Shown here in pieces: positions 61,223 through 64,000 of a DNA stretch of 64,000 bases (position 1 is its first letter; each line of letters opens with the position of its first letter). A model generated the notes under the pieces. It worked only from the letters and a program-made list of their open reading frames with translations, did no database searches and was not told where the DNA came from. The position numbers and the translations under genes were made by a program. The stretch comes from Dehalococcoidia bacterium (lineage in GTDB: Bacteria; Chloroflexota; Dehalococcoidia; Plut-88900), in NCBI GenBank assembly GCA_965197585.1, contig OZ240215.1, positions 2,176,001 to 2,240,000 on the forward strand, written 5' to 3'.

Positions 61223-63529
61223 TTAGGAACACCACTCAATGCGAGGCAAGGCATCCGGGTGTTCCGGAAGCCGAACGACGATGTCTACGACACTTCCGTC
61301 GTCTACCTCAATGCGGGTTGCGTCTTTCGGTACGGTAGTGAATCCCCCCGGGCCGTACCACCCTACGAAGGCGCATCCCTCGCGGGCGGCGTAAATTTCC
61401 AGAATGAAGGAACTGCCGGGGGCAAGCATACCAAAGAAGCCATCCTCCCTGGTTCTGGCGAATACGGCCTTAAACTCCCTCCCGGAAACGACGGCGGACA
61501 GGCGTATTCCTTCCAACGGCTGGTTGTTCGGCCCGATCACCTTGCCCTGAATGGTGATGATTTCCTCTGAGGGATACTGGACCTCCGATGGTGTGTAGGG
61601 CGACATGTCGAATCCCTGCTCGTCAAAGTAGGCCAGGCGATTCGGTATTGTCCTCAGAATCACAACTCGTTGGAGGGCGGTCAGCCGCTCCGGTTGATAC
61701 CGCACGGCGAACCATGCCGTGAAGCTCTCCGCGACATCCTCCTGGTCTGGCAAGTCCCGGGCATACGTCGAGATGAACACGCCGTCGGCCGCCTGCGCCG
61801 CACGCCAACCGGGGGAGTCTTTGTGCGCGAGGTCCAGCGTGGTGTGTGTGGCTTCATGGACGAATGTTTCCTCGATGAAAGAGGCGCGGAGACGGTGGTC
61901 CACAATGCCCGTATGAATCAGGATCTTCCCTTGCCTTACAAGCGCTCCCCACAATTCATCGCCGGCGGCGATGTCGACGTACCTGATGCCGGGCAGCAGA
62001 ACCGCCGGCATCCGACCCAGGGCAGGGGCGTACTTCTCGACTTCCGCCTGTGCGGCCTCGATGCTGCCGAATTCGGGATTGACGCGGAATTCCACCACTT
62101 GTCCAGCGTATCGTACATCGAACAGATAGGCATTGACCGTAATCTGCCCGGCGACCCGTCGATCATTGATAAGGCGCTCGCCGCGGCCAGCGTACGTGAT
62201 GCTCTCGAGTCTCGTGGGATCGGAAGGCTCGATGACCCGCTCCGAAATATACACTGTTCCCGACCACGGAGGCACGCCCGTGTGTTCGAGATCGAAGTCC
62301 AGCGTGCGGTCTTCGTCCATGGCAATCTCGACGGTCTCCGTTCCATGGGTGGGCCAGGCGATGGCCCAAACCGTGACCGTCCCCCAGACGTTCGGGAAGC
62401 GGTAGCGCCCGTCGAGACCGATGACCATGGATTCCCGTCTGCCGTCTTCGTTCTGGAGCCGCACGACCGCGCCCGCTAGCACTGGCCCGTTTATCCGGCT
62501 GTCACGCACCGTCCCGGATAGACTGAACGTGGGTGGGACCGTTACTGTTGCGGACCCGGACGCAGCGCCCGCGCTCGCCGTGATCGTCGCCACCCCTCCC
62601 CCGATCCCGGACACCAGACCAAGAGCGTCCACCTCCGCCACCAGGACATCGGCGGACTCCCACGAGAATACGGCCCCCTCCACCGCATGCCCGTTCGCGT
62701 CGAGCGCCTCCGCCGTCAGCTGCACGGTCTCGCCCCACGCGGTCAGTTCGGTCATGGACGGCGACACCTCCACTGAGGCCACCGTCTGCCTCACCGTCAC
62801 CACCGCGGTCCCTGATGCCGACCCGGCCGCCGCCGTGATCGTCGCCGTCCCGTTGCCCGCCGCCGTCACGACACCTTCCGCATCCACCGTCGCCACCGGT
62901 ACGTCGGAGGACTCCCACGAGAATACGGCTCCCGCCACCTCATGCCCGTTCGCATCGCGCGCCTCCGCCGCCAGCTGAACGGTCTCGCCCCACGCGGTCA
63001 CCTCGTTCATGGCCAGCGATACCTCCACCGAGGCCACCGTCTGCCTCACCGTCACCACCACAGACCCTGATGCCGACCCGGCAGACGCCGTGATCGTCGC
63101 CGTCCCGTTGCCTGCCGCCGTCACGGTACCGGCCGCATCCACTGTCGCCACTGAGTTGGCGCTGGTCGTCCAGGTCACGGCTACCCCAGTCATTACGGTG
63201 GAGTCCTGGTCATGCACCTCCACCCTCAGTTGTGTTGTTGTGCCCAGTGCAGTCAACTCCACCGTAGCAAGACTGACCATGACCGCCGTGGGGCGGGCGG
63301 GCTCTGGCGTCGCCGTTGGAGCAGGAGCAGGAGTCGGCGTTGGCTGACGCGTTGGCATAGGCGCCGGGGTTGGCGTCGCTGGCACGGATGTCGGCGTTGG
63401 CAGTGGTATCGGCGTCGCAATAGCGTCGTCAATAGTCTCTACAGGCGTTTGGCCTTGACATGCGGCCATAAGCCCAAGTACCGCGGCAAGGATGGATAAA
63501 ATGATAAATGCACGCATTCCGTATCGCAC
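61223..63529 (-). CDS. Lipoprotein with three Big_2 Ig-like repeats and a HEXXH zincin-like domain
   Basis: Lipobox MAAC, repeated VATVD..G.VTA.GNGTATITA, VHEATH...ISTYA..EDVAES. Confidence 0.8.
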   Translation of the reverse strand: MRYGMRAFIILSILAAVLGLMAACQGQTPVETIDDAIATPIPLPTPTSVPATPTPAPMPTRQPTPTPAPAPTATPEPARPTAVMVSLATVELTALGTTTQLRVEVHDQDSTVMTGVAVTWTTSANSVATVDAAGTVTAAGNGTATITASAGSASGSVVVTVRQTVASVEVSLAMNEVTAWGETVQLAAEARDANGHEVAGAVFSWESSDVPVATVDAEGVVTAAGNGTATITAAAGSASGTAVVTVRQTVASVEVSPSMTELTAWGETVQLTAEALDANGHAVEGAVFSWESADVLVAEVDALGLVSGIGGGVATITASAGAASGSATVTVPPTFSLSGTVRDSRINGPVLAGAVVRLQNEDGRRESMVIGLDGRYRFPNVWGTVTVWAIAWPTHGTETVEIAMDEDRTLDFDLEHTGVPPWSGTVYISERVIEPSDPTRLESITYAGRGERLINDRRVAGQITVNAYLFDVRYAGQVVEFRVNPEFGSIEAAQAEVEKYAPALGRMPAVLLPGIRYVDIAAGDELWGALVRQGKILIHTGIVDHRLRASFIEETFVHEATHTTLDLAHKDSPGWRAAQAADGVFISTYARDLPDQEDVAESFTAWFAVRYQPERLTALQRVVILRTIPNRLAYFDEQGFDMSPYTPSEVQYPSEEIITIQGKVIGPNNQPLEGIRLSAVVSGREFKAVFARTREDGFFGMLAPGSSFILEIYAAREGCAFVGWYGPGGFTTVPKDATRIEVDDGSVVDIVVRLPEHPDALPRIEWCS

Positions 63530-63639
63530 AAATAGAAGGAACTCCTTTCGGGGTGGGGAGTGGCCCCTTATGCACCCATGTTACCATCCCCTCGCACTAT
63601 GCTAATAGGTAAACTCTCACAACCTCCCACCCCCCTCCA

Positions 63640-63802
63640 TCATTCCGCCCCCGAGCCGGAATCCATCCTTTCCCCGCTCCCCCAGTACCAAACAGAGGCA
63701 TGCACCTGCGCCAAGGCGCAGGTGCATGCCTCTGTTTTTCCCTCCCCCTCTCCCTTAATGGCCCTAAGGGAGAGGGGGACCAAGGGGGTGAGGGTTCCCC
63801 GG
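63640..63802 (+). repeat. Composite double-hairpin REP/MITE-like element, copy C
   Basis: Homologous to copies A and B. Hairpin AAACAGAGGCATGCACCTGCGC..GCGCAGGTGCATGCCTCTGTTT. Confidence 0.85.
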
Positions 63803-63835
63803 TGGGGTCCCTTCCCCAGGTGTGCAATCAACCCC

Positions 63836-63864
63836 TTGACCCATATGAACATAAGTGCTATTCT
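63836..63864 (+). promoter_or_regulatory. sigma70 promoter with LexA-like box (copy 3)
   Basis: TTGACC-17-TATTCT. GAAC-ATAA-GTGC at 63847-63858. Confidence 0.65.
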
Positions 63865-63869
63865 CTTCA

Positions 63870-64000
63870 CTGTTCGAACACCAACCCAACTATCTCAAGG
63901 AGGAACCAAAAACCCAGGGAAGCCCACTAGCCCCACCCGAGGACTCAACGCCCCAGCCCAGCCCAACGGCCCTCGCGCAGGCCTGCGGCTCAAGCAAACG
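63870..64000 (+). ncRNA. Putative structured ncRNA, copy 3 (5' part only)
   Basis: AAGGAGGAACCAAAA.CCAGGGAAGCCC...CCCGAGGACTCAACGCCC...CCCAACGGCCCTCGCGCAGGCC, nearly identical to copy 1. Confidence 0.55.

Overview
GC-rich bacterial chromosome segment. Gene content suggests Chloroflexota (Dehalococcoidia/SAR202-like, possibly host-associated), which is inference from Pro/Thr-rich lipoproteins, a TolB-LRR fusion, many amidohydrolase/cyclase/CoA-transferase paralogs, a CIRCE element and Gram-positive-type LexA-like boxes. The window carries McrBC, an Opp transporter, TA modules, moaDE, tRNA-Ser(GCT) with a decaying ~15.9 kb integrative island (32909-48824), IS1182/IS110/IS481-like elements and several REP/MITE families. 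Two things stand out. (1) An unannotated ferredoxin:thioredoxin reductase catalytic subunit (22831-23262, minus) has in-frame TGA codons at both redox-active Cys positions, each followed by an identically spaced SECIS-like hairpin, so a diselenide FTR is predicted. (2) A three-copy family of apparently non-coding elements (2912-3771 +, 8108-8847 -, and a third starting at 63831 + and cut off by the window end) shares a sigma70 promoter overlapped by a LexA-like box and a conserved 5' scaffold. In the two complete copies (~0.75-0.85 kb) a long-range helix with compensatory changes encloses an unrelated, highly structured interior, followed by an A/C-rich tail. Also notable: an OppC with an inserted 7-Asp-box propeller, a cohesin/dockerin peptidase cluster, a CTG-initiated MoaD with a GG-RS tail, and a gene whose C-terminal half is both internally initiated and duplicated.
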